Origin: Savitreella phatthalungensis
Taxonomy: Eukaryota
DNA: 64,000 bases
Assembly: GCA_051599415.1 (NCBI GenBank)
Contig: AP039699.1
Location: 310,001 to 374,000 of the forward strand
Direction of reading: 5' to 3'
A program made the position numbers and the translations under genes. Within the stretch, counting starts at the first letter, position 1, and each line of letters begins with the position of its first letter. A model generated the notes under the pieces. It had not been told where the DNA came from and did not search any database. It saw nothing but the letters and a program-made list of their open reading frames with translations. Shown piece by piece: positions 41,059 to 52,024 of the stretch.

Positions 41059-41535
41059 TCACTTCTTCTTCTTGGCTGCGTCACGTTGCTCGCGGTCTGA
41101 CATCTTGGGCGGTGGTCCTGCGGAAGTGTCGACGAGCCAGTCGAGGTCATCTGTTGCAGAAGCAGCGGGACCAGCGACCTTCTTCCCCGCGGCCACCTCC
41201 TTATCCGAGCCGATGGGTGCAGGCGCACCGTACCCAGCAAATCGGTCCCTGAATCTAGCCAACCTGCCAGTCTCCTCACGCTGGACACCACTCGCAGAGC
41301 TCGGGTTCCAGAGCGGGTTGTTGCGGATATCGCGCGTCAGTCGCACACTAGACCTCGGACTCGTCGTCATTCGAGACACAGTCGATCCATCTGACAAAAT
41401 CACAGTCTGGGTGAACAACTGCGGCCGGTATGCCTTCCCAATCAGCGCCTTCCGCACGGGAGTTATCAACTTAGAAGCAGAAGAACCAGCTGCTGTCGCC
41501 GCAGAAGACACCGCAGAAGCAGACTTGATTGACAT
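41059..41535 (-). CDS. MRPL36: Mitochondrial ribosomal protein bL31m
   Basis: TQTVILSDGST..TTSPR..LTRDIRNNPLWNPS..GRLARFRDRF. Confidence 0.82.
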   Translation of the reverse strand: MSIKSASAVSSAATAAGSSASKLITPVRKALIGKAYRPQLFTQTVILSDGSTVSRMTTSPRSSVRLTRDIRNNPLWNPSSASGVQREETGRLARFRDRFAGYGAPAPIGSDKEVAAGKKVAGPAASATDDLDWLVDTSAGPPPKMSDREQRDAAKKKK

Positions 41536-43138
41536 GAGGCGAGAGCGATTACGATCGAGATTGGAGAGGGCAAAATCCTGGCTTGGGAGCTAAGGAAGTG
41601 GGTAGAGAATTCTGAGTTGTAGGAAGGTATGTGGTTGTCCTATTTCTGCATACCTTCATAATTCTGTTCTGTGCCCGTGCCCTATCCTCATGCGCGTACA
41701 TAAATTCTATGCATGCACGTTCTCTATCTATGCTTGTGCTCCTGATCTGATTTAGATGAATGCATGACGATTTACAAAAATAGAAATTTCTTCAAAACCC
41801 GAATTTCCTCCTAGAACTTAGTTAGTTACTGTAAGCTCCAGAGAGTCAAAAGCGCATACGTATGTATAATCATGCACTGATGTGATCTAAGTTAGGTTAG
41901 AAAGTAGGTGTCGATTAATTGTAGTGGATTGAGTATATTCACTTGATCATGCAGTTGCATCTCTATCAAAGTCATGTGTGCATTCTACAGCGTCTTCTCT
42001 AACTCGGAACGCTCTGATCAGGAAATAGGATTAGGAGTGGATGATGGAGGGATGGATCAGGCAGGAAGATGCAGGGAGACTTGTCATACCGCAGAATCTA
42101 CTCTCCTCGTGAGCGTCTCCAACAACACTTGTCACCATCTTCATCATTTATCATCGTCATCATCATCATCATCGACACTACAAGGAGCAGCGCTATCATC
42201 GAATCATTAGGGATCACGCAGGAGACCGAGACTGACAGCATCCTGACTCGTCCATGATTCAAGGCAGAATCTGAAACGCATTCTATTTGCAAAGCGTATC
42301 TACAACGAGTTCTTACCAAACCACGGCAGATCATCCGGCCACGTTAACCTTCCAGTCGCCCGAACTTGGCTTCTGATAGTCTGCAGCACGATCACTGTCA
42401 TCTATCTGAAGCGCACGCGAGCACGCCCATTGTCACGATCACACTCTGTAGTAGAGTAGGCTTACTCAGATATCCAGACACGCGAGTCTATTCGTGATCG
42501 CGCGCACAACCACGCAGACAAGCACGCGGTCGTCCAATTTCTATTTGCACGCCCACGCTTCGGAGCTTTCTTTACAGCCCTGCGCTTCCGTTGTTCTGGT
42601 GGCGACTTGGCTCTCCTGCATCAGTCTGCTCACGCCTAGCCCACACGCGTCTCGAACAGCCCGGGCAATCAAACTCAATCTCAGATCAACCTCACATTCT
42701 CCATCCTACCACATTGTAGGCCTTTTGCATAAGCTTCATCACGCTACACATTCAACAACACATCCAACAACACGTCACCACCCTCCCTCTCTCTCTGGCC
42801 TTCTCTCTTTCTCTCCTCTGATTTCTGACGACAACACGCGTCTGAACATCGAATACTTGCAGAACGACTCCAAGGCCTTTTCTTACACACTGATACTTAT
42901 CTGAAGACTCACTTCACCAGGATCTTCGTTCCGTTATTCACAACCTCAGCCGTCTCAGATTTGCTGCACGCGCACACGCCACCAGACACGTATACCGTGC
43001 ATAGCATTCCTCAACGCATACACAAGTCGAAGTCATTTCGAGCACCAAACCATCGATGCCATCAGCGATGCAGCCAAGATAATTCCCCGTTGCAAGATCA
43101 AGTCTTTCACTACTAAATAGCTGCAGCGCGATTGAGCA

Positions 43139-46039
43139 ATGGCTCAAGACCGTGGTGGTGATGATAGAGGCTCCGAAGGCGGCGGATATGGGTCAAGCTA
43201 CGGCAGGACAGCAAGCGCCGCAATTGGCGCAACTGCATCTAATCGAGGCCTGGTCCGTAGTCCAGCAATCTCTCCAGACAGACCTCTCTCCTTCAACAAT
43301 TTCGACTCTTACAGCGATGTGCACAGCTTGAGTCAGAGCGCATCCCAGACCTTTGCAAGTGGCAGGATCCCCGGTAACGATCCCTTCGCGGCATATCCCT
43401 CGGCAGACTACCAAAGCTACGAGCGCGAGACTGAATTTTCCCGTGATGATGTCGCTCAAGAGCTTCGTACACTGCGCGACCTACGAAGGCTCTCTCTCGA
43501 CGGTAGCAAGCGCGACCCGGATGTGCCTCAGCCTTCATACGAGCGCCCACTCACGTCTTCAGACGGCTCTTCACCTACGGACTCCGTGCGTACGCCACGA
43601 TCGCCAGACGACAGTGACGAGGTTGTCAGTGGCGACTCCGTATGGGTTCCGGCAAATATCCATCCTGAAATTGCCCCGCAAGAGTGGCAATCGTTCGTGC
43701 AGAAACGTGGTGGTTTTGATCAGGATGATTTCCCAGGCGTGTTCGGCAGCACTGGTATAGGTCGCTCTCTGTCTCGATCCAAATCGTTGCTGTCGCGCCA
43801 GGTCTCCGACGTCAGCGCCGACGAGTATGTCGACGCGGGACCTGAGCTGGCCCGACGCAGATCACAAAGAAGGCCGCAATGGCGAATATCTGATGTGCAG
43901 CGAACACCATCGCGCCTGTCGACGCATTCGTCACCAGACACACTGCAGGCCGAGGAGGTACCTGCTTCTGCAACGCAAACTGCAGGCACTCAGACAGATC
44001 AGCCGACAGAGGGGGACGCGCCTATACTTGTCCCTCCACCAGGTCAAATCCTCCGTAGGGCGGCACGAACCGGCAAAGGCACAAGACGCTTACCGAACAA
44101 GAAACCGCCTGAGCTCCGGCAGACAACAGCAGACGAGAGTTCCTCGTCGCAGGCTTCGCAACCAACGCATCAGCAGGAGCAAGTTCCGCCTTCGCTGACC
44201 GCCTCTCAAAAGTCTCCGCTGTTGTTTGAGCAAGAGAATCTTGAATTGCGTGAGGACGCCGTGCGGCGGACTATCATTGCAACAAGTCCAGTATCTCATG
44301 CGAACTCGCCAGAGCAAGCCCAGCCTGTATCTGGAAATCTCGAGAGTCTGCCAAGACGGCGCTCGAAGAATCGCTATGCTCATGTCATGGGTCCGAAAAG
44401 CCCGACAACAGATACGATGCCACCCTTGCCGGCAGACTGGTCACAGCATGTGCGTCGGCAGCAGGACCAACAGCCTTTCATCACACAGTCTGAGCTTGAA
44501 CCTCAGCCGTCAAGGCAGCAGCAGCAGCAGCAGCCTCTTGCAGTGCAGCCTTTAGATTCACAGCGCTCATCAGAGCGTCCTCGGCTCAAGCTCGATACCA
44601 AATCATACACACGTGAATCAGAACAGCAGGATTTCAGCTATCAGGATCGGCAACCTGCTGCAGCTGTAGCTCCGCCTCCGGTGCCGCAGAAGGATCGCGA
44701 CGCAAGGCAGCACAGCGCATCGTTATCTCCGACCAGGGTGCAGCCGGCGTTGCAACTCGATGCCATCGCTCCGCTCGAGCGTATACCCAGTAGCAACAAG
44801 GTCAATCAAGAGCCGGCCACGATTCGGCTCGTCTCGCCGCTCGAGCAGATACCGCCCTCAGATTACGAGCATCTTGTCAATGGAGCACGGCAGGGCACTC
44901 CGCAAGTCGAGTCTGCCAAGCCGCCGTCCCCGATTCGTGAAACCTCCGCGACTGAGCAAGAACAGCAACCTCCGGAAACCATGGCCCAAGCACGTCCACC
45001 TCAAAGACCCGGTATGAAGCGCGAGGTCTCCGCCGCGACACTGAGTCGCAATGTGATGAATGGCGCTGCAGCTCAGCCTGCTCTAGCACAGAAGACTAAT
45101 CTTGTCCAACAACAGCCACCGCCGGCTGCAGCGCCCTCAGCTGATCCACCGAAGAAGTCCGGCTGGGGAAAATTGTTCTCGAGCGATGAGAAGAAGAGCA
45201 AGACAGGAACAGCAGCCACAGGCAGTGTCAAGCTGAAACGATCGACCTCGAAAGAGTCTACCAGCACTGCCACCAATTCGACACCTGGTGACGAGCAATC
45301 TGCCGGAACGACGGGCATATTTAGTTCTATCTTTGGTGGTGGCAAACGAAAGGACAAAGAGCCTGGAGGCGCTGACACTTCTCCGAAGAGGAACCAGGGA
45401 GCATTTTCGACGGCGCAGCAGCAGGCAGGCCATGCTGCTGGTCATCGTCAACGCAGTGCGTCACCAAAACGCCGCACGCCACAACAATCGTCTGTCAACG
45501 TGCAGCCTCACTTTTACACTCGCTACCCGATCCAGCTCGAGCGAGCCATCTATCGAATGGCTCACCTGAAGCTGTCAAATTCGCGTCGGCCGCTCGGTCA
45601 GCAAGTCGTGCTGTCGAATTTCATGTATGGCTACCTTGCGCTCATTGGTGCTGGTCATGGCCAGAGTTCGGGTGCAAGTGCTTCGGCAGCTGCGGCATCA
45701 TCCGCACGGCAGCAGCAGCAGCAGCGAGCGAAAGCCGGAATCGCCACGGTCGGTCAATCAGTTGCAAACGGGCAGCTCGATACTCCATCCTCGGGCACTC
45801 CAATCGGCGGCAGCTCTGCCGACAAGAGCGTGTCACACATGCAAAGTATGGCAGCTCAACGACAACAAGCTGACAGCATCATGGGCACTCCGTCCCGTCC
45901 AGCTCATTCCTCCCCGCGAGCGTCTTTCGCTTCTGGCGGACCTGGTTCTTCCCCGCAGCACCAACACCATCACCATCATCAGAATTCACAGCATCAGCGG
46001 ACGGCCACTGCTGTATTCGATGAGCGAGACTACGACTAA
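43139..46039 (+). CDS. ZDS1: Zds1-family PP2A regulator
   Basis: WVPANIHPEIAPQEW homology box and C-terminal Zds_C motif RYPIQLERAIYRMAHLKLSNSRRPLGQQVVLSNFMYGYL; the rest is low complexity. Confidence 0.9.
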   Translation: MAQDRGGDDRGSEGGGYGSSYGRTASAAIGATASNRGLVRSPAISPDRPLSFNNFDSYSDVHSLSQSASQTFASGRIPGNDPFAAYPSADYQSYERETEFSRDDVAQELRTLRDLRRLSLDGSKRDPDVPQPSYERPLTSSDGSSPTDSVRTPRSPDDSDEVVSGDSVWVPANIHPEIAPQEWQSFVQKRGGFDQDDFPGVFGSTGIGRSLSRSKSLLSRQVSDVSADEYVDAGPELARRRSQRRPQWRISDVQRTPSRLSTHSSPDTLQAEEVPASATQTAGTQTDQPTEGDAPILVPPPGQILRRAARTGKGTRRLPNKKPPELRQTTADESSSSQASQPTHQQEQVPPSLTASQKSPLLFEQENLELREDAVRRTIIATSPVSHANSPEQAQPVSGNLESLPRRRSKNRYAHVMGPKSPTTDTMPPLPADWSQHVRRQQDQQPFITQSELEPQPSRQQQQQQPLAVQPLDSQRSSERPRLKLDTKSYTRESEQQDFSYQDRQPAAAVAPPPVPQKDRDARQHSASLSPTRVQPALQLDAIAPLERIPSSNKVNQEPATIRLVSPLEQIPPSDYEHLVNGARQGTPQVESAKPPSPIRETSATEQEQQPPETMAQARPPQRPGMKREVSAATLSRNVMNGAAAQPALAQKTNLVQQQPPPAAAPSADPPKKSGWGKLFSSDEKKSKTGTAATGSVKLKRSTSKESTSTATNSTPGDEQSAGTTGIFSSIFGGGKRKDKEPGGADTSPKRNQGAFSTAQQQAGHAAGHRQRSASPKRRTPQQSSVNVQPHFYTRYPIQLERAIYRMAHLKLSNSRRPLGQQVVLSNFMYGYLALIGAGHGQSSGASASAAAASSARQQQQQRAKAGIATVGQSVANGQLDTPSSGTPIGGSSADKSVSHMQSMAAQRQQADSIMGTPSRPAHSSPRASFASGGPGSSPQHQHHHHHQNSQHQRTATAVFDERDYD

Positions 46040-46245
46040 AACCGGATCAAACGACTATCATTACATCTCTTTACGTACGCCAATGACCTGTCATCGTTGG
46101 ACAGTCGACTGTAGCTACGTATCCCTGAGGATATCATGACTTATTTCTTTCACCTCCAGGTCCTGTGGACAATGCTGATGCGGTGCGGGTATACGTACAT
46201 TCGTGGGTGTTTGGCTGATGTGCCGGGACTCTGTGAGCATCAATA

Positions 46246-46752
46246 TCAGGCCTGAACCTTGAGGCCAAGTGTCTTTGCAGTGCCAACCACACTCCTAGCC
46301 ACGGCTTCAAGACTCAAATGCGCCAGTCTCGGATCTGCTTGCTTGACTTTGGCAATCTCAAAGATATGCTTGACAGACACCGTCCCGGACACACTTATTG
46401 CAGCCTGGCCCGATGCAGCACCTCCTTTCTTACCGCCGCCGCCGCCACCACCGGCCGTCGTCCCTGCTGCCCCTGCACCCTTCTCGATCCCAGCGGCCTT
46501 CTTGAGCAGCCAAGAGGTCGCTGGCGTTCGGACATCGAACGCGAACGATCGATCAGGCCGGACGATGATCTGGACTGGGAGGGGGACTCCCGGTAGGTAG
46601 CTGGCAGTCCTAGCGTTGAACTCCTTGCAGAAATCGATACTCTTCACACCACGCGCTCCGAGCGCAGGACCGATCGGTGGCGATGGCGTCGCTCCACCAG
46701 CAGGCACCACCAACTTCACCAGCACGTCTCTCACCTGCGCGCCCTTCGACAT
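46246..46752 (-). CDS. MRPL19: Mitochondrial ribosomal protein uL11m
   Basis: VKLVVPAGGATPSPPIGPALGARGVKSIDFCKEFNART, VSVKHIFEIAKVK, VVGTAKTLGLKV. Confidence 0.94.
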   Translation of the reverse strand: MSKGAQVRDVLVKLVVPAGGATPSPPIGPALGARGVKSIDFCKEFNARTASYLPGVPLPVQIIVRPDRSFAFDVRTPATSWLLKKAAGIEKGAGAAGTTAGGGGGGGKKGGAASGQAAISVSGTVSVKHIFEIAKVKQADPRLAHLSLEAVARSVVGTAKTLGLKVQA

Positions 46753-46927
46753 CGCACTCGAGTGATCTGGTGTAGTGCTGTAAGGGTGTGCCTCTTTAGC
46801 AGCAGAGCAGTCGTGTAGGGTTTGTTCAGTGCATGTGGAGATTTTTCAATGATGGGAAGTCGATCGGTGGAAAATAAAGCACCCAGTGCGTCACCATCGC
46901 CTCAATCGGCCAAACACCATCGGCACC

Positions 46928-47845
46928 ATGAGCTTGACGATAGACAGGCGTCGTAACAACGGTCCATCCTCGACATACACACCTCGTCTCCCTCCGTCCT
47001 CACGAGCCACACAGACATCGACCGACAACGCTGACGAACGCTCGCCTGCGAAAGTGTACCTGAAGACCGGCCTGGTGGCTCGGTGTCACGGGAGCGCGTA
47101 CCTGGAGACGCGGTGGGGTGATGTGGGTGGGCTGAAGGTTGTTTGCAGTGTGCACGGTCCACGGCCTGTGGGCGGTGTACGAGGTGGTGCGTCGTCCGGC
47201 ACCCACGCTGGCGGTGGTGGTGCGGGAGGGTACTCCTGGACGGCGCAGCTGGTGGTGGATGTCCGGTACGCGCCTTTCGCCAGGGTCGGCGCGAGGTCAG
47301 GGTACCTCCGCACAAGGCACGAGCGCGCACTCGCAGCAGCAGTCGCAGACGCACTCACGCCAAACATCCTCCTCCACAAATTCCCTAAATCAGAAATCGC
47401 AGTCCACCTCGCAATCCTACAGCAGCCCGTCCCGCTAACCGAGACAGGCGCAGTCGCAGTCGAGGCCATCACCCTCGCAGGAGCGATCAATACGGCCATG
47501 GCTGCGGTCGCCGATGCCGGGGTTGAGTGCCGGGATGTGGTGGCTGCGGCTGCTGTGCGGGTGGTTGGGGATGGGGTTGGTGGGAGGAAGGTGCTGGTGG
47601 ATTGCTTGGGTGGTGGGGATGGGGAAGGGGACGAGGTGACGGTGACGGTCGGGTGTATGGCGCAACGGCGGGAGGTAACGCTTCTGCACCTCACAGGTCT
47701 AGCTCATGCCAAAGAAGAAATCAATATCGCCATGGAGACTGCCACCGACCAAGCCACTCGAATCGCAGGCGTCATTCGCAGGGCGTTGCTCGAGGAATAT
47801 TCTGAGGAACTCCAACAGGACACCAACATGACAGGGACAGAGTGA
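46928..47845 (+). CDS. MTR3: Exosome RNase PH-like subunit, Mtr3-like
   Basis: DRRRNNGP start, LKTGLV...GSAYLE, CSVHGPRP, VRYAPFA, FPKSEI. First ATG is at 46928. Confidence 0.8.
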   Translation: MSLTIDRRRNNGPSSTYTPRLPPSSRATQTSTDNADERSPAKVYLKTGLVARCHGSAYLETRWGDVGGLKVVCSVHGPRPVGGVRGGASSGTHAGGGGAGGYSWTAQLVVDVRYAPFARVGARSGYLRTRHERALAAAVADALTPNILLHKFPKSEIAVHLAILQQPVPLTETGAVAVEAITLAGAINTAMAAVADAGVECRDVVAAAAVRVVGDGVGGRKVLVDCLGGGDGEGDEVTVTVGCMAQRREVTLLHLTGLAHAKEEINIAMETATDQATRIAGVIRRALLEEYSEELQQDTNMTGTE

Positions 47846-47962
47846 AGGATCTGGCTAACGGTAGAGGTCAAAATGTATAGGGTCTAATCTAGTCTATTCA
47901 AGCGGTAGTCTAATGCCAGGTGGAAAGTATGTACTATGAAGCTGTCGACGTAAATTTGTGTC

Positions 47963-50779
47963 CTATGTCCACTGTGACTCTTTGATGTGGTCTGCGGGCT
48001 GCGTGGAGGATGGTCTGCGCGTGGGTGCGCGTTCGACGAACGGTGCTAGGATCTGCTTTGCGGAGACGATGCGGTCTGCGAGGTCACGGATCGAGCCGTG
48101 GTTGGCAACGAGCTGCCAGGCGAAATGGACGTCAAATTTGGCTCGAATCGCGGTCGCGAGTCGTGAGCCATACTTGTCCGCCTCATCACCAAACACGACC
48201 TCGAGCTCGTCACCAGTGCCTCCCGATGTGGTCAGGTCTGCAGGTAAGGTCACGTGCTTTTCAGAAGAGAGCACGCGTCGGACGAGGTCGACGAGATCGG
48301 CTTCCACTGCTTGCCGGGACGCTGCCGTGGTGAGGGAGGCGGTTGCGGATGGTGGCACGGTGATCTCGATAGGTTGGGAGATGGCCAAGACATCGTGCTT
48401 GCCTGCGTGATGATAGCGCAGCTCGTAGGCGCCGCAACTCCACGGCAAGCAGTCAGACCGCAGCTCGATCGTGCCCGAGAACTTTTCGTCAGAGACGATG
48501 CCGTTCTCGTGCTCATCCTCCTGGAAGCCACCCTTGTGGAGTGCAGTCCAGCGACCACGGCTGGAAACGCGGGTGATCTCGCGCGAGAGGTTGTCGGACA
48601 CAAGATAAATGCCAATCCAGTCATTCTTCGCATGTCCAGCTGGCGCCCGCCACTTGCATGAGATTGGCTCACCAAGATGAAACACGTTAGGCTGTGAGGC
48701 CAAGTTTTCCTTGTAAAGTCGGGAAGGCAGCAGCTCAAGCGCATACTCATGCTTGTCGACTTTTGTTGCGGCGACGCTGGATCTGCGGGGTATAACGGGG
48801 TGAGAATAGCGCTGGGCAGCGTGCTTGCTGTCCTCAAGAGCCTTATCGATGTGCGGACGTGTGCGGGTAAAGAGGTCGATAATGTAGTGAACAGCACGAT
48901 CGAGCATCTCGTCGAGCGAGACTTCGATGCGCTCGACTTGAGCGCGTACCTGTGGCTCCTTGACGACGGGCATACTCTTGAGCGATCTCGTGAAGCCAGC
49001 TTCTTTACGGACCTGGTGCTTGCCGTATACTTTGATGGTGTGGGGCTTCTCTACGAAGGTAATGAAAGCGAGATTGAGAACCTGAGCCTGTGCGGCGAGA
49101 ACGATGATAGCAGTGGAATTTGACATGAGCGCGAAGCCCCAGAAGCTGTAGACGATGCGCTCGGGGTTGTTCAAGTAGCGGTAGACGCCTGTATATTTGA
49201 GCTTTGGTGCGCGGTCGACGAAGAAATCGCCAAAGTACCAGCCAAAATCACCGAGCACGTCATAGATCGATGCTGAAGTCCAGACGTGCATGCCAACGAG
49301 TGCGAGGCCAAGTACATGGCGGAGTGTCCAGGTGGAGTATTGCCAGTCGTTTGGCCATGAATAACACTTCCAGAAAGCCGTCAGGAATGTGACGTAGGTG
49401 AATGTCAACGAGAGCGCGTAGGCAGCCTTCCATTCCGACCAAGCCTTGCGAGGTGATTCTCCATACTTGAGGAAGTGCCTGGTCCAGACCTTGTCATTGC
49501 TTTGACCGTGAAGGGTCCAGCAGATGGCAGCAGAGTGGATCAGACGCCAAGCGAATGCCTGACCAATTGCAAAGATGCGATAGGCTCCCGAGGCCGGAGT
49601 GAAGACGGCAAAGACGAAGCCAAGCGTGATTGACAGGATCTGCACAAGATCGGTAGCCCGATATGGATCAAACGGCCGGAAGATGTTTAGCTCACGCAGT
49701 TTTGATGCATCGGCCCGAAGGTCGGAGGTCTCGTCGAATGCTGTTTCGTTGGAGACGAGCTCACGCGCCACATTTGCCCGCGTTCGGACGGAAATTGTCT
49801 GCTTGGGGCTGTATGTCTTGGTAATGTGTGGTTCCTCGACGATGTAGAGGAAGAGGAACTGCATGATGTGAGCGACAATTGAGACAAACAGGACTGCATA
49901 GCTGCAGGCCAGAAGAGAAATGCCGTAATAGCCTGCGTAGCCGAGAGAGTACATAGGATGCATGCAGAGCTCATATACACCGTCGAAGGTCAGGTCAGAG
50001 TCGATCAGGTAGAAGAAGTCACCCCAGTACCATGCAAAGTCCTTGACGACTCGGTTTGCATCCAGCTTTACCCAGAGGTTGAAAAGAACGAGAAGCCAAC
50101 CGACTGTCCAGCGAAGGGAATGCATCAGGATTCCATGTGATAATGGTGTGTATGACCAGGAGAAAGCGAGGAGGACGTAAGAGGAGAAGTCGAGCATGAG
50201 GATGAGATCGACGCCGCGTCGGAAAAGAAGCCAGGTCTGATATTCTACCGGAGATGCCTCGAAGTTGTAGTCCTTTCCCATCTTGTCTGCGAGCTGGCGC
50301 TTGATGAAGCGATAGCGGCGGGGGTCACTGGTTGGATCGAATAGCTTGTGTTTCTTTGCGAGCTTGACAAGCATGTTGTGCTTGGATTGGTGGTGTAGGA
50401 CCCAGCCGATGCCGACGTTGTATGAGAGTCTCCAGAACGCAAACGCAAGGAGGAAGAATGCTTTGCGGACTGAGCCGTCTGTGAGGAGGTATACGAGGAG
50501 ATGGAAGGCGATGACGGCGACGATGAAGAGATCCCATTCTGATTTGGGCTTCCGTGGATCTAGAATGGTTGAGACCATGTCATGGGTCGTGGGGACTGAG
50601 AACACTGTACCATCTGCTGTTCTGCCGACAGTTGGACGTGCCTTGTCATCATTGGCTGTAGGATCCGTGGAGGGATGTGCTGATGATGATGTTGATGCAG
50701 GTTGTGGAGGATCTGGTTTTCTATGTCGGAGAGCTTGGGCTTGGGTTTGAGCTTGCGCGTGCGCGTGCGCGTCTGCCAT
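47963..50779 (-). CDS. CHO2: Phosphatidylethanolamine N-methyltransferase
   Basis: VGRTADGTVFSVPTTHDMV, WVKLDA.RVVKDFAWYWGDFF, HPMYSLGYAGYYG, LGDFGWYFGDFF, YRYLNNPE, DWIGIY, RYHH. First ATG is at 50779. Confidence 0.95.
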   Translation of the reverse strand: MADAHAHAQAQTQAQALRHRKPDPPQPASTSSSAHPSTDPTANDDKARPTVGRTADGTVFSVPTTHDMVSTILDPRKPKSEWDLFIVAVIAFHLLVYLLTDGSVRKAFFLLAFAFWRLSYNVGIGWVLHHQSKHNMLVKLAKKHKLFDPTSDPRRYRFIKRQLADKMGKDYNFEASPVEYQTWLLFRRGVDLILMLDFSSYVLLAFSWSYTPLSHGILMHSLRWTVGWLLVLFNLWVKLDANRVVKDFAWYWGDFFYLIDSDLTFDGVYELCMHPMYSLGYAGYYGISLLACSYAVLFVSIVAHIMQFLFLYIVEEPHITKTYSPKQTISVRTRANVARELVSNETAFDETSDLRADASKLRELNIFRPFDPYRATDLVQILSITLGFVFAVFTPASGAYRIFAIGQAFAWRLIHSAAICWTLHGQSNDKVWTRHFLKYGESPRKAWSEWKAAYALSLTFTYVTFLTAFWKCYSWPNDWQYSTWTLRHVLGLALVGMHVWTSASIYDVLGDFGWYFGDFFVDRAPKLKYTGVYRYLNNPERIVYSFWGFALMSNSTAIIVLAAQAQVLNLAFITFVEKPHTIKVYGKHQVRKEAGFTRSLKSMPVVKEPQVRAQVERIEVSLDEMLDRAVHYIIDLFTRTRPHIDKALEDSKHAAQRYSHPVIPRRSSVAATKVDKHEYALELLPSRLYKENLASQPNVFHLGEPISCKWRAPAGHAKNDWIGIYLVSDNLSREITRVSSRGRWTALHKGGFQEDEHENGIVSDEKFSGTIELRSDCLPWSCGAYELRYHHAGKHDVLAISQPIEITVPPSATASLTTAASRQAVEADLVDLVRRVLSSEKHVTLPADLTTSGGTGDELEVVFGDEADKYGSRLATAIRAKFDVHFAWQLVANHGSIRDLADRIVSAKQILAPFVERAPTRRPSSTQPADHIKESQWT

Positions 50780-52024
50780 GACAGTGCTGCAGGGGAAAGG
50801 TTGATAGGAGGAATGAATGTTGTAAGGAGCAGATGCTGTAATGTGATGTCGTGCGAGCAAGAGATTAGACCTGGACTACAGAGTGCAGTGGCGGATAGAG
50901 TCTGGCTGCATGATGCACAGTCGAGGATGCACTTGATTCACTGCATATATGGATTTAAATTGCTGTATACTATATGCAGCTAGGCTGAGGATATGCGGAG
51001 AGTTTGCTTCATCATCACGTGAATGTGAACCATTTCGACAGAATTAATATATTGCTACTCCAGATAGATGAGCAGTGCAGGGATGATTGAGTAGATGTAC
51101 AGTACTCATACAAGCTCTACAAGATGATCCGGCTGCTTCCAGAAGGAAAATTTGATAGTTTCTTTCAATCTAGAGTTGAGTTGAAAGGACTTTGTCGATC
51201 TTCCGATGTGGAGAATTCCCTCCAGAATGGCGAGGTGATCGGCAAAAGGAGATTTTACATAAATTAGGTTAGATGTGAATGAGTCTGGTTGAGGGCGATA
51301 GTCATTGGAGAATTGATTCAAATTCAGGTGCTGGTTATTGATGTGATCGACGATGTGAATTCCGATGAAAGACATCTCCGTAGTGAAGATGCACAGTACA
51401 GTACAGTACAGTCTAGAATAATACACAGTACACTATACAGCTCAGCCATCTGCTTTTGAAGGGCAATACTACTGTAATACAGGATCAATTTGAGTGAGTA
51501 AACGTCGACTCTGGAAAAACGTGATGTGACAGACACATCAACCCTGCATCAACCCTGCATATAATTTATGTATGGAACATGCCCGGATGAAATTCTGTAA
51601 ACTCAGCCACAGCTGTAATGTAACACGTACGCGTAGTTTTCTTCTCGTACGTAGAGCACGGGTTTCACTAGCCACTTTCGAAATCCACAAATGACGACGA
51701 CAAATCCATCCATCTGTACTGTACTCTCCTCAGTAAACTGCATCCTGTATCGATCCACTGCAGTGAAGCAACCTTCAACCCACAGACATATCTACTCGCC
51801 AGCACGTCAAGTAGAGCCTGCAGATCAGCTGTTCCTGGTCCTTCATCCTTCTGTGATCGCTTCTTCTTCCTAGTCAAGAACAATTGCTGGCAGGAAGTTG
51901 AACTCGGTTCTCTTCCACCTGATCTCAGACCTATCGTCTTCCAAGACCATCCCACATTTATACTTCCCATCTTCAACGCGCGCCCTCTCTAACCCGCTTC
52001 TCAACTACATAAGCCAAATCCGCC

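Noticed and set aside
42494..42904. 136-aa ORF upstream of ZDS1 as a possible uORF or gene
   Set aside because: Non-ATG start and a low-complexity, pyrimidine-rich leader; no support for coding.
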